Shown one piece after another: positions 29,836 through 39,988 of a stretch of DNA of 64,000 bases. Position numbers and translations under genes: made by a program. Below the pieces are notes generated by a model. That model saw nothing but the letters and a program-made list of their open reading frames with translations, did not search any database and was not told the DNA's origin. The stretch covers positions 64,001 to 128,000 of the IMG/VR virus record IMGVR_UViG_3300025154_000052; one strand, given 5' to 3'. The stretch's first letter is position 1, and the number at the start of each line of letters is the position of its first letter. Source of the stretch: a virus.

Positions 29836-30698
29836 TCCACATCGGACTCGACACCGCCTCGAAATCTCGCGTGGTCGGGGAACTCTGCCAGCGCGAGGAT
29901 ATCAACCGCGTGGTTATCATCTCGACGATTGGCAGAGAGTTTCCCTGCGCTCACAGTCGCTACGAAGTGGTGACTTATGAACAAGTCATCCAATACGCTT
30001 ACTTCTATAGGCTTCTGCAGGAGATAGACAAACGGACGCTGGTTGTAGTCAACGAGTGCCTGCGGACGCAGAACCGGCACGACCTGACCTATAATTGCAT
30101 CCGCCACTTTTTGAACCAGGCCGGGCATGTACTGGTGTTCCAATACCTACCGCTGATCGACACCGCAGAGGACTTCAGTATCCTCTTCGACTTTGACACT
30201 CAGAGCCGGTGGAAGCGGTCGAAGTTCGCGGACCTGCCGCTCGAGGAAGCACGGCTGGAGGTGGCACCTCGACGGCTCGAGTTCAGCAACACCGACGTCC
30301 GCGTGTCGCCCTCGTTCCGTGCCCGCTACCTGGCCGAGAAGGAGCGGCTGTTCGCCAACCTGGGTGCCAGTGACCCCCACACGCTACCACGCAACCTGCA
30401 CCTGTTTACCGGCCGGCCCAAGTTGGGTGCTATGGATCCTTCGAGGCAGTACGTCTGTCGTAACGGGCGTTTCAACGAGCCCAGCCTGACCACCTATGAA
30501 AACGCCCAGCCCGGGCGGGAATACGCCATCTTCGAGTGGTGCCATCGATACATCGACTTCACCGACTTCCTTTGGACGACGGGCCAGGACCGATTTGATG
30601 TACTCAGCACGGACCTGCCGGTAGATCAGTGGTATCTGCAACGGTATACGGATTGGAGGGATAAGTTGGATGCCTGCTATTCAGCGATACAGCGATAA
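29820..30698 (+). CDS. hypothetical protein, possibly a degenerate SF2-helicase domain
   Basis: TLVVVNECLR resembles a degenerate DExx box; no Walker A. Confidence 0.55.
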   Translation: MGEAVIHIGLDTASKSRVVGELCQREDINRVVIISTIGREFPCAHSRYEVVTYEQVIQYAYFYRLLQEIDKRTLVVVNECLRTQNRHDLTYNCIRHFLNQAGHVLVFQYLPLIDTAEDFSILFDFDTQSRWKRSKFADLPLEEARLEVAPRRLEFSNTDVRVSPSFRARYLAEKERLFANLGASDPHTLPRNLHLFTGRPKLGAMDPSRQYVCRNGRFNEPSLTTYENAQPGREYAIFEWCHRYIDFTDFLWTTGQDRFDVLSTDLPVDQWYLQRYTDWRDKLDACYSAIQR

Positions 30699-31797
30699 GA
30701 CGGTTTTGGAAGCTGCCAGGGAGCGCATCGCCTTTCTCTTCGATCACTACGAGACAATCCACGTTTCTATCAGTGGAGGGAAGGACTCGACGGTGCTTGC
30801 TCATCTGGCGCTGCTCGAGGCATATCGACGCGGGCGCAAGGTGGGCCTGTTCCTACTCGACGAGGAGGCCATGTACCAGAGTTCTGTGGACCAGGTCGAA
30901 TACCTGATGAGCCTGTTCCCGGAGAACTGTAATCGCCTATGGCTTCAGGTGCCGTTCTACCTGACCAATGCCACCAGTTTGACAGAGAGCCAGTTACAGG
31001 CATGGGAGCCAGGCAAACACAAGATCTGGATGCGTTCCAAAGGGGAGGGGAATATTAAGGCTCCTCCATGGGCTGGGCCTCCTAAATTCCGAACAGGTTA
31101 TTCCTGGCTGGATTTCTACGGCGTGATCGACAACTTCGAAGCCTGCTATGAGAACACAGTTTTTCTGGTCGGCCTACGAGCTGCTGGCGAGTCCCCCAAC
31201 CGGTGGCGCGCCGTCACCAAGAACCCGGTCACGGTGGCAGGTCAGGATGTCTACTGGGGCACTCAGAAGGGGCGAAATATCGCCTTCTACCCCATCTACG
31301 ACTGGAACTTCAGCGACGTGTGGAAGTACATTGCGATCAACGGATTGCGTTACTCCCGCGTCTATGACTGGCAGTTCAAGAAGGGATTCGGCATTTCAGA
31401 GATGCGCGTTTCGAGCCTCATTCACGAGCGCTCCTTCAAAAGTCTTGTAGAACTCCCGGAGTTTGAGCCGAAGACCTACGACCGGCTGTGCAAACGCATC
31501 AAGGGCATCCAGTTCGCTCAGGAGACCGGCAAGAACGCCAAGATGATGAAGTGTCGGAAGTTGCCGAAGAACTTCACATCCTGGCGCGTTTACCGGAACT
31601 TCCTGCTTGAAACCTACCCGGTAGCCGACCACAAGCCGACCTTCGAGCGGCGTTTTGCCCGACAACTAGATAACGAGTACGTGGCCAGGCAGCAGTGCCG
31701 ACAACTGGTACTCAACGACTACGAAAACAACCTTCATGTGGACAACAAGCCAGACCCACGTGAAGAGTTGATCGAATACTATCGGAGGGTGCTGTGA
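30670..31797 (+). CDS. IbrA/YbdN-like PAPS-reductase family protein (copy 1)
   Basis: VLEAARERI, SISGGKDS, LVGLRAAGESPNR, YPIYDWNFSDVW, MRVSSLIH. Confidence 0.9.
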   Translation: MPAIQRYSDKTVLEAARERIAFLFDHYETIHVSISGGKDSTVLAHLALLEAYRRGRKVGLFLLDEEAMYQSSVDQVEYLMSLFPENCNRLWLQVPFYLTNATSLTESQLQAWEPGKHKIWMRSKGEGNIKAPPWAGPPKFRTGYSWLDFYGVIDNFEACYENTVFLVGLRAAGESPNRWRAVTKNPVTVAGQDVYWGTQKGRNIAFYPIYDWNFSDVWKYIAINGLRYSRVYDWQFKKGFGISEMRVSSLIHERSFKSLVELPEFEPKTYDRLCKRIKGIQFAQETGKNAKMMKCRKLPKNFTSWRVYRNFLLETYPVADHKPTFERRFARQLDNEYVARQQCRQLVLNDYENNLHVDNKPDPREELIEYYRRVL

Positions 31798-32300
31798 AGA
31801 TTCTCTTCCCGTGTCTCAATACCTTCATGGTGCCACGTGTCCGCGTCGTGGCTAACAACTGGAATCCCAACCACGTGAGTTCGGACAAGATGCGGCTACT
31901 CATGCAGTCCATCATCGATAATGGTTGGTGTTTCCCTATTGTGACGGTTCATGATTCGGACGAAGACGTTTATCGTGTGGTCGATGGCTTCCACCGTTGG
32001 ACGATTGCCGGCCCCGAATGGCTAGACTTGCCGGAGGTTCCGATCGTAGTCATCGCTGTGTCTGTTGCCCAGCGGATGGCCGCGACAGTCCAATTCAACA
32101 AGGCACGTGGGGTCCACCAGGTAGATCTTGACGCCGACCTGATCCGGGCGCTCATCGAACAGGGCATGAGCGAGGAAGAGATCTCTTTGCATCTCAGTAT
32201 CGAGATGGAAACCATCCACCGCTACAAGTCACTGACCGGAATAGCGGCTCTCTTTGCCAATGCCACATGGTCCACGGCATGGACCATGGAGGAGACGTGA
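31794..32300 (+). CDS. IbrB/YbdM-like ParB/Srx domain protein (copy 1)
   Basis: ANNWNPN, SIIDNGWCFPIV, VVDGFHR, FNKARG. Confidence 0.9.
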   Translation: MKILFPCLNTFMVPRVRVVANNWNPNHVSSDKMRLLMQSIIDNGWCFPIVTVHDSDEDVYRVVDGFHRWTIAGPEWLDLPEVPIVVIAVSVAQRMAATVQFNKARGVHQVDLDADLIRALIEQGMSEEEISLHLSIEMETIHRYKSLTGIAALFANATWSTAWTMEET

Positions 32301-33376
32301 TCCCGAATGGGTGCAAACTCTACCTACCCAAGAACGTTCTCGAGGCCGCTATTGAGCGTATAGCCTGGATATTCGACCATTACGAGAACGTCTGTGTCTC
32401 CGTCTCGGGAGGAAAGGATAGTTCCGTGCTGGTCGAACTGGCACGGCGTGAGGCCGAGAGACGTGGACGGGTGATTCACGTTTTCTTTCTCGACCAGGAA
32501 GTTGAGTACCGTTCCACGGTTGAAGTCATGCGGTACATCATGACTCGCCCGGCTGTAAAGGCACACTGGGTACAGGTCCCCATCCGAATGACGAACGCCA
32601 CATCCTATGAGGACGAGTTCTTGTATGCCTGGGGACCGGGTGAGGAATGGGTCAGGCCGAAGGAGCCCGACTCCATCCATGAACTCCCGGATGCACCAGA
32701 TCGATTCTACTCGTTCTTCGACTGGTGGGAAGCCCAGTGGCCTGAGAACACAGCGTGTCTTGTCGGTCTTCGGGCCGAAGAGAGTCTAAATCGGTTTGGC
32801 GCTGTGACCCGTCATCCTGCCATTCCAGGCATCAACTGGTCGTCTCCTGGCGGCGGGAAGAGCATTAAGTTCTACCCTCTCTACGACTGGACGTTCGAGG
32901 ACATCTGGACGTTCATCGGCAACGAGGGACCGGTCTACAACCGCGTCTATGACTGGATGTGGGCCAAGGGGCGAAACATCGGAGATCTTCGGGTCTCCAA
33001 CCTCATTCATGAGCGTGCGTTCAAGAGCCTGGCTGACCTTCAGGAGTTCGAGCCCGATACATACGATGCGCTCATTCGCAGGCTAAAGGGTGTGCACACA
33101 GCTGCTCTGTACAGTCGAGAGCAGATGGTGTTCAGCACGAAGAAACGGCCAGCGCAGTTCTCATCCTGGCGAGCGTACCGAGACTTTTTACTCGAGACGC
33201 TTCCGAACGAGAGACGACAACAATTTCTCGAGCGGTTCGGAAATCAACTCCAGAGCGAATCCGTGTTCCGGCAGCAGGTCCGCCAGCTCCTGCTGAACGA
33301 TTGGGAGAACAACATCCCGGTGGTCCAGCAGCCGGATCGGCCGAACCCATTACTGAAGTGGATGGACATCCTATGA
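32267..33376 (+). CDS. IbrA/YbdN-like PAPS-reductase family protein (copy 2)
   Basis: NVLEAAIERI, SVSGGKDS, VGLRAEESLNR, YPLYDW, RVSNLIH. Confidence 0.9.
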   Translation: MVHGMDHGGDVIPNGCKLYLPKNVLEAAIERIAWIFDHYENVCVSVSGGKDSSVLVELARREAERRGRVIHVFFLDQEVEYRSTVEVMRYIMTRPAVKAHWVQVPIRMTNATSYEDEFLYAWGPGEEWVRPKEPDSIHELPDAPDRFYSFFDWWEAQWPENTACLVGLRAEESLNRFGAVTRHPAIPGINWSSPGGGKSIKFYPLYDWTFEDIWTFIGNEGPVYNRVYDWMWAKGRNIGDLRVSNLIHERAFKSLADLQEFEPDTYDALIRRLKGVHTAALYSREQMVFSTKKRPAQFSSWRAYRDFLLETLPNERRQQFLERFGNQLQSESVFRQQVRQLLLNDWENNIPVVQQPDRPNPLLKWMDIL

Positions 33377-33933
33377 GCCAGATCACATTCCCTTGTTGCC
33401 ATGTGCAGATGGTTACTGCTGTTAAGGTGGTATCCAACGACTACAACCCTAACAACGTGGCAACGCCAGAGATGGACCTGCTTGCCCTCTCCATCGAAGA
33501 GGATGGAGTTACTCAGCCCATCGTTGTTGTTTATGATCCGGTCCTGGATCTGTATGTGGTGGTGGATGGCTTCCACCGGTACACCATCCTGACAAAGAGG
33601 TTCAAGTGTCCAGAGATCCCGGTGGTGGTGATCGACAAGTCCATCAATGACCGCATGGCCTCCACCATTCGGCATAATCGAGCTCGTGGCAAGCACAAGG
33701 TAGACATGATGTCTGTCCTTGTCGAGAAGCTTCTCAAACTCGGCTGGAGCGACACCGACATCGCGAAGCAGTTGGGGATGGAGGCAGAGGAGGTGCTTCG
33801 GCTCAAGCAGATGACCGGGTTGGCGGGCCTGTTCAAGGGCCAGGGTTACAGCCGATCATGGACACGCCCGGAAGGGGCGCCGCTATTCCAGGACGAGCCC
33901 ACCAATGATGACGACCGGGAAGACTCCGAGTAG
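33373..33933 (+). CDS. IbrB/YbdM-like ParB/Srx domain protein (copy 2)
   Basis: SNDYNPN, SIEEDGVTQPIV, VVDGFHR, TIRHNRARG. Confidence 0.9.
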   Translation: MSQITFPCCHVQMVTAVKVVSNDYNPNNVATPEMDLLALSIEEDGVTQPIVVVYDPVLDLYVVVDGFHRYTILTKRFKCPEIPVVVIDKSINDRMASTIRHNRARGKHKVDMMSVLVEKLLKLGWSDTDIAKQLGMEAEEVLRLKQMTGLAGLFKGQGYSRSWTRPEGAPLFQDEPTNDDDREDSE

Positions 33934-33943
33934 TCCAGCGATA

Positions 33944-33986
33944 CATTAAAATACCTGTTGATTAGTACGTCGATCACCTATATACT
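33944..33986 (+). promoter_or_regulatory. CATTAAAAT-type promoter
   Basis: CATTAAAAT-N5-TTGATT-N17-TATACT. Confidence 0.75.
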
Positions 33987-33991
33987 GAGTC

Positions 33992-34651
33992 ATGGCTACT
34001 GTGGAGGCTGTGACGAGTATGCATGTCCTGACTACCCCCAATTACCCACCCGGCTATGTCGCGATAGACAACCCTGGCGACATAGCCGTCCTTGACCTCG
34101 AACATTGCTCCATCAAAGACCCCGTCACCCTTGTCATTATGAAGGACTGGAGACCGCGCGCCCAGTACTGCACTCAATTAGAGTACGGCTGGACGGCTCG
34201 ACTATCACAGCCTCGAGGGCCGGGTAACGAGAGGACCCCTACCTATTTTGAGATTTATGCCGAGCGTGACGACTTCGACCGTACACAGGCATGCTGGACG
34301 CTCACAGGTTTGACCATCCAACAGGCTATCCATGAGATTCAGGAGATGGCGCCCATCGTTAAAGACTGGTTCGATCAACGGGAAGGCGTGAACGCTGCAC
34401 AGTCGCTCGAGGACCTGTTGACGCTCATCAAGGAGAACCATCCATCTACACGCCTTCCCAGTGGTGGTCGCAGGGTGCGCTGGCCCAAGTTCGGAGGACC
34501 AGTCATTCCACATCCGTGGGTAATCTCATGGGATGAAGAGCGCGCACTGGTGTGTAATTTCGATTACGCCGACATCGTGACCAGGGGCGATGTCGAAGAC
34601 ATGTGGCAGGAGTGGAAACGTGGTGAACCGTCACGATGCCCCAAAGACTGA
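33992..34651 (+). CDS. hypothetical protein
   Basis: 219-aa co-oriented ORF. Confidence 0.55.
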   Translation: MATVEAVTSMHVLTTPNYPPGYVAIDNPGDIAVLDLEHCSIKDPVTLVIMKDWRPRAQYCTQLEYGWTARLSQPRGPGNERTPTYFEIYAERDDFDRTQACWTLTGLTIQQAIHEIQEMAPIVKDWFDQREGVNAAQSLEDLLTLIKENHPSTRLPSGGRRVRWPKFGGPVIPHPWVISWDEERALVCNFDYADIVTRGDVEDMWQEWKRGEPSRCPKD

Positions 34652-35096
34652 GGCTGAGCTACTTCAGAAGCGTGAACGGGTAGCCCGACAAGTCAGGGCT
34701 GTCTTTCGCGGTGAACCTGTCCGGTGTGGGTGTGGCTGGGTCCCTCCTACTCTATCCATCTATCGGTGCTACTACTGCGCCGAGTGGTACTGCGAGCGGT
34801 GCGCCCCCGATCACTTCGGGGGCAAGCGTGAAGCGATTGCGAGCGTCACTCAAAGTGGAGGACATCATGAGACTCGGAACGAAGCATGTGGAGATTGAGC
34901 CAGGTGTCTCGCCGCGTCAGCGTGGTGCAAGTTGGCCCGTGATGGACGGCAGCAACCTCATTGGCACGGTCAGGCGTGAACGTCATCGCCAGCAGGGATA
35001 TCAAGCGGTCGTCACAGTCTGTGGGCAAGAAATTCATGTGAGCGGTCACCGTCGTAAGGATGTCTTGTCTCGTCTTCGTCGCCGTGTGGCGAGTCT

Positions 35097-35678
35097 TTGA
35101 GTGAGGAGTATTGGCATGAAGGTGTTAGCCAAGAAGGAGTGGGCTTCTCATCTACGAGTGGTCCGCCTGTCGATGGAGTGGAAGTTGGAGGACTTTTGGG
35201 TCGGTGCATCCTGGCGACGTCAGCCAGGGCATCTTCAAGTCTGGGCCTGTTTGGTTCCGTGCCTCCCGATTCATCTCAGTTGGACGCGGCTGTAATCGAA
35301 GACCCCAGGATCATGAGGCATGCAGTGAAGACCGTTCTTGACCAGTGGCTCGAGCGTGTGAAGCGCAATGCAGAACCGTTCATCTCGGCAGAAGAGCAGG
35401 GACAGATCCTGCGGTGTATTGATGACCTTGACGACGCCTGTACGCCTCGACCGCCACAACCGGAGTGGTTCGGTACGGGTCCGGGGCAGTGGGATTCGTG
35501 GACAATACTTGGACTAGGCCAGCCTGGCAAGTGGCGACCCATTCAAAGGTCGAAGCACTGGCAATACTACGTCGAGTTGATGTTGGTGACGGGCGGGTGC
35601 CTCGTTGTCCCTGTTCGTCGTCCGCCCGATCCGCCTGCGATGGATGTTGGGTGGGGAGTTATAGATGGGAGTAAATAG
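35097..35678 (+). CDS. hypothetical protein
   Basis: 193-aa co-oriented ORF. Confidence 0.5.
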   Translation: MSEEYWHEGVSQEGVGFSSTSGPPVDGVEVGGLLGRCILATSARASSSLGLFGSVPPDSSQLDAAVIEDPRIMRHAVKTVLDQWLERVKRNAEPFISAEEQGQILRCIDDLDDACTPRPPQPEWFGTGPGQWDSWTILGLGQPGKWRPIQRSKHWQYYVELMLVTGGCLVVPVRRPPDPPAMDVGWGVIDGSK

Positions 35679-35680
35679 AA

Positions 35681-36310
35681 ATGATGTATCTCGATGATTT
35701 CACTGACGGTATTGATGTGCTGGCAAAGGCGTGTGAGCGTGCAGGCATTTCAGACCCCGGATATGGTCCGGATGGAGTGGAGTGTGACCCTGACTTGACG
35801 CCAGAAGAGATGACACTTTTACGGCGATGCGGATGGATCAGAATCCAACTCAATGGGCGAGTGCTTTGGACAACCCATATGCAGATCGACCATGAGAAAA
35901 CCACGCTGGCCGGCATTCCCAACAGCGAGTTGGGCACAAAGGTTTTATCCTGGTATCGCAGTGGTGATCACGGCATCTCCTCTGAGTATCTGGCTGCCAC
36001 TGCACTGGACGATACGGCGTGGGTTGCGAGACTTCGCCTGAGTGCGCCATGGCCTCACGATGCCAGCGACTTCGGGCGATGTTATCGACTGGTGGAGCAG
36101 ATTCCAAAAGTAAAGGAACTCGCTTTTGCCAGACTGGCCGATCATCCGGTGTGGGGCAAGCTCGTCGCCGCGTGGGACGATCTTTCTGCACAATACCTGA
36201 AGGCGTTGCAGGAGAGTAAGGACCAGGAAAGCCTTCTAAAAGGGCAGCGGCGCTATCCGATCTCCACACGCCTTCACAACCGTATCAAGAGGTGTGGTCA
36301 TCATCAATAG
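35681..36310 (+). CDS. hypothetical phage protein
   Basis: W...GDHGISS...PHDASDFGRCYRLVEQIP motif common in phage proteins. Confidence 0.65.
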   Translation: MMYLDDFTDGIDVLAKACERAGISDPGYGPDGVECDPDLTPEEMTLLRRCGWIRIQLNGRVLWTTHMQIDHEKTTLAGIPNSELGTKVLSWYRSGDHGISSEYLAATALDDTAWVARLRLSAPWPHDASDFGRCYRLVEQIPKVKELAFARLADHPVWGKLVAAWDDLSAQYLKALQESKDQESLLKGQRRYPISTRLHNRIKRCGHHQ

Positions 36311-36732
36311 GTCTATGCACGCCACATGAAGGGAGGCAACAATTGAAGGGTGACAGGCTGTTCAAATGGTTCGGTAACTACATCGTTGCGCCGTCGATTG
36401 ACGCGGCGTGGCAGGGCCTTCAGGAACAATTCGTCGATGAACCTGATGTGAAAGGCGGGTTCCATTCGATGGAGGAAGTCGCTGAACACTACTACACTGA
36501 TCGTCAGGATCTCTGGCCATTGTATCAGAGTGTCAACGCTCGAGAGTATCTGGCTGCCGTCGATCCGTGCGAGTATGTGGAACTGGTGGAATATGAACTT
36601 CCGTCGTCGCATGTGCGCGTGTCGGGCACCGTTACTGAAGGATTGGAACCTCCAGTGTTTCTGGCCCGCGCCGAGGCTCGTGTGTGGGCTGAACTGCTTC
36701 CCACCGGGTTCATCTACAAGGCTGACTATTGA
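36292..36732 (+). CDS. hypothetical protein
   Basis: 146-aa co-oriented ORF. Confidence 0.5.
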   Translation: MWSSSIGLCTPHEGRQQLKGDRLFKWFGNYIVAPSIDAAWQGLQEQFVDEPDVKGGFHSMEEVAEHYYTDRQDLWPLYQSVNAREYLAAVDPCEYVELVEYELPSSHVRVSGTVTEGLEPPVFLARAEARVWAELLPTGFIYKADY

Positions 36733-36873
36733 TGGATATGCAAGCGATTGTGGACGAGTTGCAGCGGGTGCTGGCGCTACTTGTGTCGATAGAGATGATC
36801 GCAGGTGACGGCAGGATGTCACCCGACTGGCGGCTGATCAGGATAGCGGACTTGGCGCGGAAGGTGGTGAGGG

Positions 36874-37821
36874 ATGAGGTTTTACCTGGGGACTCATCAG
36901 ACGGGATGGCTGTTCGACCAACGACTGATTGGTGTTCCCTTGTTCGTCAGCCGGAGAACACTGAATCCGTTGCGACTTTCTAAATTAAAAGGCCCACAAG
37001 CACCTGACTCCCGAGTCATCCGTATTGATATGCGCCTCGACGCATCGGGGCGATGGGTTCCCGTTGCAGTAGATGGGGACGGGTGCGTCTTGCCGGTCAA
37101 AAGTCGCAAGCCGTGGCGGCGTGCTGTCACTCGCTGGGCGCTGGACTCTGGTGGATTTCAGGAACTTGATCTGCACGGTAAATGGACGGTACCCGCTCGA
37201 CAGTACGTGGAAGAAGTCCGGATCTGTGCAGAGGAGATTGGCGGTCTTGACTGGGCTGCTATTCAGGACTGGATGTGTGAGCCTCGAATCAGAGAGAAGA
37301 CAGGTCTGTCCACGGAAGAACACCAGAAGCGGACGATTGCATCGTACCTTGAACTTTCCTCCATGGCACCAGATCTGCCGTGGGCACCGGTCATCCAAGG
37401 GTGGTCCCTCTGGTCGTATTTCCGACATCTTGAGATGTACGACAAGGCTGGAATCGATCTGAGGAAGTTCAAAGTGGTGGGTGTGGGAAGTGTTTGCCGG
37501 CGCCAGGGAACGTATGAAGCAGCCGGGATTATGGAGTCCCTTGCTCGAGAAGGCATACGTCTTCACGGCTTCGGCTTCAAGCAACTGGGCTTGAAGATGG
37601 CAGCGGCTTCTATGACTAGTGCCGACAGTCTGGCGTGGTCGTTCGAAGCTCGACGGGCAGCTATCGCCAACGGACAGGCGTTTACTCATCGGCTGTGCCA
37701 TGACCCAATAGCCACTCATCAGAACTGCGCGAATTGTCTTGAGTGGGCGCTGATGTGGCGGCGGTATGTGCTGGATTCAATTGAGCATGGTGAGAGCCAG
37801 GTTCAGATGGGGCTGTTCTAA
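36874..37821 (+). CDS. DpdA-like (tRNA-guanine-transglycosylase fold) deazapurine DNA-modification protein
   Basis: FYLGTH, WALDSGGF, QDWMCEP, PVIQG, GVGSVCRRQ, LHGFG, SADSLAWS. Confidence 0.82.
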   Translation: MRFYLGTHQTGWLFDQRLIGVPLFVSRRTLNPLRLSKLKGPQAPDSRVIRIDMRLDASGRWVPVAVDGDGCVLPVKSRKPWRRAVTRWALDSGGFQELDLHGKWTVPARQYVEEVRICAEEIGGLDWAAIQDWMCEPRIREKTGLSTEEHQKRTIASYLELSSMAPDLPWAPVIQGWSLWSYFRHLEMYDKAGIDLRKFKVVGVGSVCRRQGTYEAAGIMESLAREGIRLHGFGFKQLGLKMAAASMTSADSLAWSFEARRAAIANGQAFTHRLCHDPIATHQNCANCLEWALMWRRYVLDSIEHGESQVQMGLF

Positions 37822-38891
37822 TGGGAGATGTGGCAAGGCTTATTGTGGAGTCAGACGGAGTCTACTACTACGGATCGCGGAAGGTGGCTTTTATCGAGCG
37901 CAGACGGGGTGATATGCGGGTCTGTCGGATAGATGGCTCTCCTGTCAGCACTTCGGTTGACTCGCCTGCTGCTGCCCTCTCTATCGTCCGCGAATGGGTT
38001 GAAGAAGTGCAGTCTCATGAGGACGCCAGGGCGGTCAGAAACCCGGTGTTCGCTGAGCCCGATCCTCTGGACAAAATTCCCCAGGAAGAACGAGAGCAGC
38101 CTGATACAACTGTAGCCGAAAAACTTCGGGCTGGTGTAGCAAAAAAGCGCGCCGAGCTCGACAAGAAGGTGAAGATTCTTGATGTGGAGGAGTGCAAAGC
38201 CGAGTGTGAACCCACGCGGCTGGCATTCAAGCGTGAACGTGATGAGCAGAAGCAGAAAAGGAGAGTAGTGATGGCAGGAAATCCCAAAGTGACACAGGCG
38301 ATGAAGGAACACGGTATCGCGACATGGCGAGGACTCTCGGAGTGTCTCGATATCCCGATCAAAACACTGTCCGGGATGAACACAAGCCGGAGCCTTCGTA
38401 CCGCACGTCGGAAGGTGGCCGAATTCCTCGGTGAGCAGCCCCAGTACCTCTGGCCCCACATGTACACGCCCGATGGTCAAGATCTGCCGACGTCGACCGG
38501 CGTAATCAACGCTGTGGCTGAACTCGAGCCCGACATGTCGATAATTCAGTCCGAACCAGAGTATGTGGAGTTGACGCCGGTCCAAGACTCCCCGGTGGTC
38601 GCCGTCCCCAATAAGCCGGTCAACGTGCATGATCTGAATGTACCCGTTCTGAGAGAATTATCCGTTCTGACGGAGCAGTTCGTCACTCGAGCACTCCATC
38701 GTGCCGAACTGCTGCACGAGGTTCATATCCTGACGGCGGGTGTTCAACTCGGGCGGCTGGGCTGGTGTCTGGAAATGAACGTGCCCGTCGAGCCGGACCC
38801 GGCGCTGTGGCTGCTCAAGAATCACATGCCGGAAACCATTGCCATTTTGAAGCGATGGCACCCGGACAACGAGATCTTGGCCCGCTGGTAG
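37821..38891 (+). CDS. protein with Ner-like HTH domain
   Basis: LSECLDIPIKTLS...RKVAEFLGEQPQYLWPHMY. Confidence 0.6.
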   Translation: MGDVARLIVESDGVYYYGSRKVAFIERRRGDMRVCRIDGSPVSTSVDSPAAALSIVREWVEEVQSHEDARAVRNPVFAEPDPLDKIPQEEREQPDTTVAEKLRAGVAKKRAELDKKVKILDVEECKAECEPTRLAFKRERDEQKQKRRVVMAGNPKVTQAMKEHGIATWRGLSECLDIPIKTLSGMNTSRSLRTARRKVAEFLGEQPQYLWPHMYTPDGQDLPTSTGVINAVAELEPDMSIIQSEPEYVELTPVQDSPVVAVPNKPVNVHDLNVPVLRELSVLTEQFVTRALHRAELLHEVHILTAGVQLGRLGWCLEMNVPVEPDPALWLLKNHMPETIAILKRWHPDNEILARW

Positions 38892-38893
38892 AC

Positions 38894-39376
38894 CTACGAC
38901 CGCCACCCCGCTTGCATACCTACCCGCTCCAGCCACTTTCCGCCCACCCATAGATGGACGTCCAGCGAAAAGATGCGGTCGATTGCGGCCTGGAAGCGCT
39001 GTAGTAGCGTGGGATCGGCTAGGAAGTCACGTATACCAGGCTCAGGGACCAAAAGGTGAAGATCGGTCAGGATGGCCTGCACGGAGTCGTTAACGGCTTC
39101 TACCGTAGCATCCTCGGTCGCGAAGCCCTGCTTACAGGTGTGCAACACGTCCGCCTCGACAGTGGTCCACCAGCGATGCTCAAACGAGTAATGCCGGTGA
39201 GTCGTCGTCAGTTTCAGGTGTACGGTCGGACGTGACGACCAGCACCGGGGACATCTGGGCGAGTCCTCGAACGAACGACGGGCGCTATTGCTGGTGAACT
39301 CGACATGATGACCACATTCGAAGGTGTGGCTGGTGGCAGTAGGGGAAGGGACCTCGAGCGAACCTGGCTTGAACAT
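38894..39376 (-). CDS. hypothetical protein
   Basis: 160-aa ORF with GGAGG RBS. Confidence 0.55.
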   Translation of the reverse strand: MFKPGSLEVPSPTATSHTFECGHHVEFTSNSARRSFEDSPRCPRCWSSRPTVHLKLTTTHRHYSFEHRWWTTVEADVLHTCKQGFATEDATVEAVNDSVQAILTDLHLLVPEPGIRDFLADPTLLQRFQAAIDRIFSLDVHLWVGGKWLERVGMQAGWRS

Positions 39377-39417
39377 GATACCTCCGTTTACCCACCGTCA
39401 GGTGGGTGTCTAGTGTG

Positions 39418-39651
39418 TTACCAGCGTGCAATCATGCGCCGTCCATCCGTCGCCATCGTCTCGTCATGGACGCGATATCCCAGAGCGGATTCGGCGCGTT
39501 CCCGGATCTCCCGAACCGCATACTTTGCATGGGGTGACCACGCCATCGTCCGGGATTGGTAAACCAGCGCTTCCAGGTGACGCTTGTCGCCTGTGGCGAT
39601 TGCTGCGTCCACATGGGATCTCAAGTCAGCCACGTTCTTAATCATTGGCAT
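39418..39651 (-). CDS. small hypothetical protein
   Basis: 77-aa ORF in leftward block. Confidence 0.55.
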   Translation of the reverse strand: MPMIKNVADLRSHVDAAIATGDKRHLEALVYQSRTMAWSPHAKYAVREIRERAESALGYRVHDETMATDGRRMIARW

Positions 39652-39850
39652 CCTCCATCTCCCATTTCAGTGGGATGTCGCTCACTCGCCGGTATCCGTC
39701 CGGCGTCGGTCCCCGATAGACCACATTGCCGGTGTCGTCGCACCAGTCGTTGGAAAGAGGGTGCTGCTTGTACAGTGTTTCAGGGAGGTTTCGCTGTGCC
39801 TCTCTGATATGGCGTGCGTAGTCGCTGAGAAAATGTTTCACGTCGTCCAT
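39638..39850 (-). CDS. small hypothetical protein
   Basis: 70-aa ORF, AGGAGG RBS, hairpin leader. Confidence 0.6.
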   Translation of the reverse strand: MDDVKHFLSDYARHIREAQRNLPETLYKQHPLSNDWCDDTGNVVYRGPTPDGYRRVSDIPLKWEMEDAND

Positions 39851-39988
39851 AAAACCTCCTGTTGTTACTCTCCGTCATTCGTCCCGCCGTCCGACAGTGC
39901 CGGGCGGCGATTCGAAGGGCGGTTACCGGAAATTGGTGCATCCCCATGCCCAGTTTTGCCGGGGGATCAAGAGGCGGCCCCCAACCGA

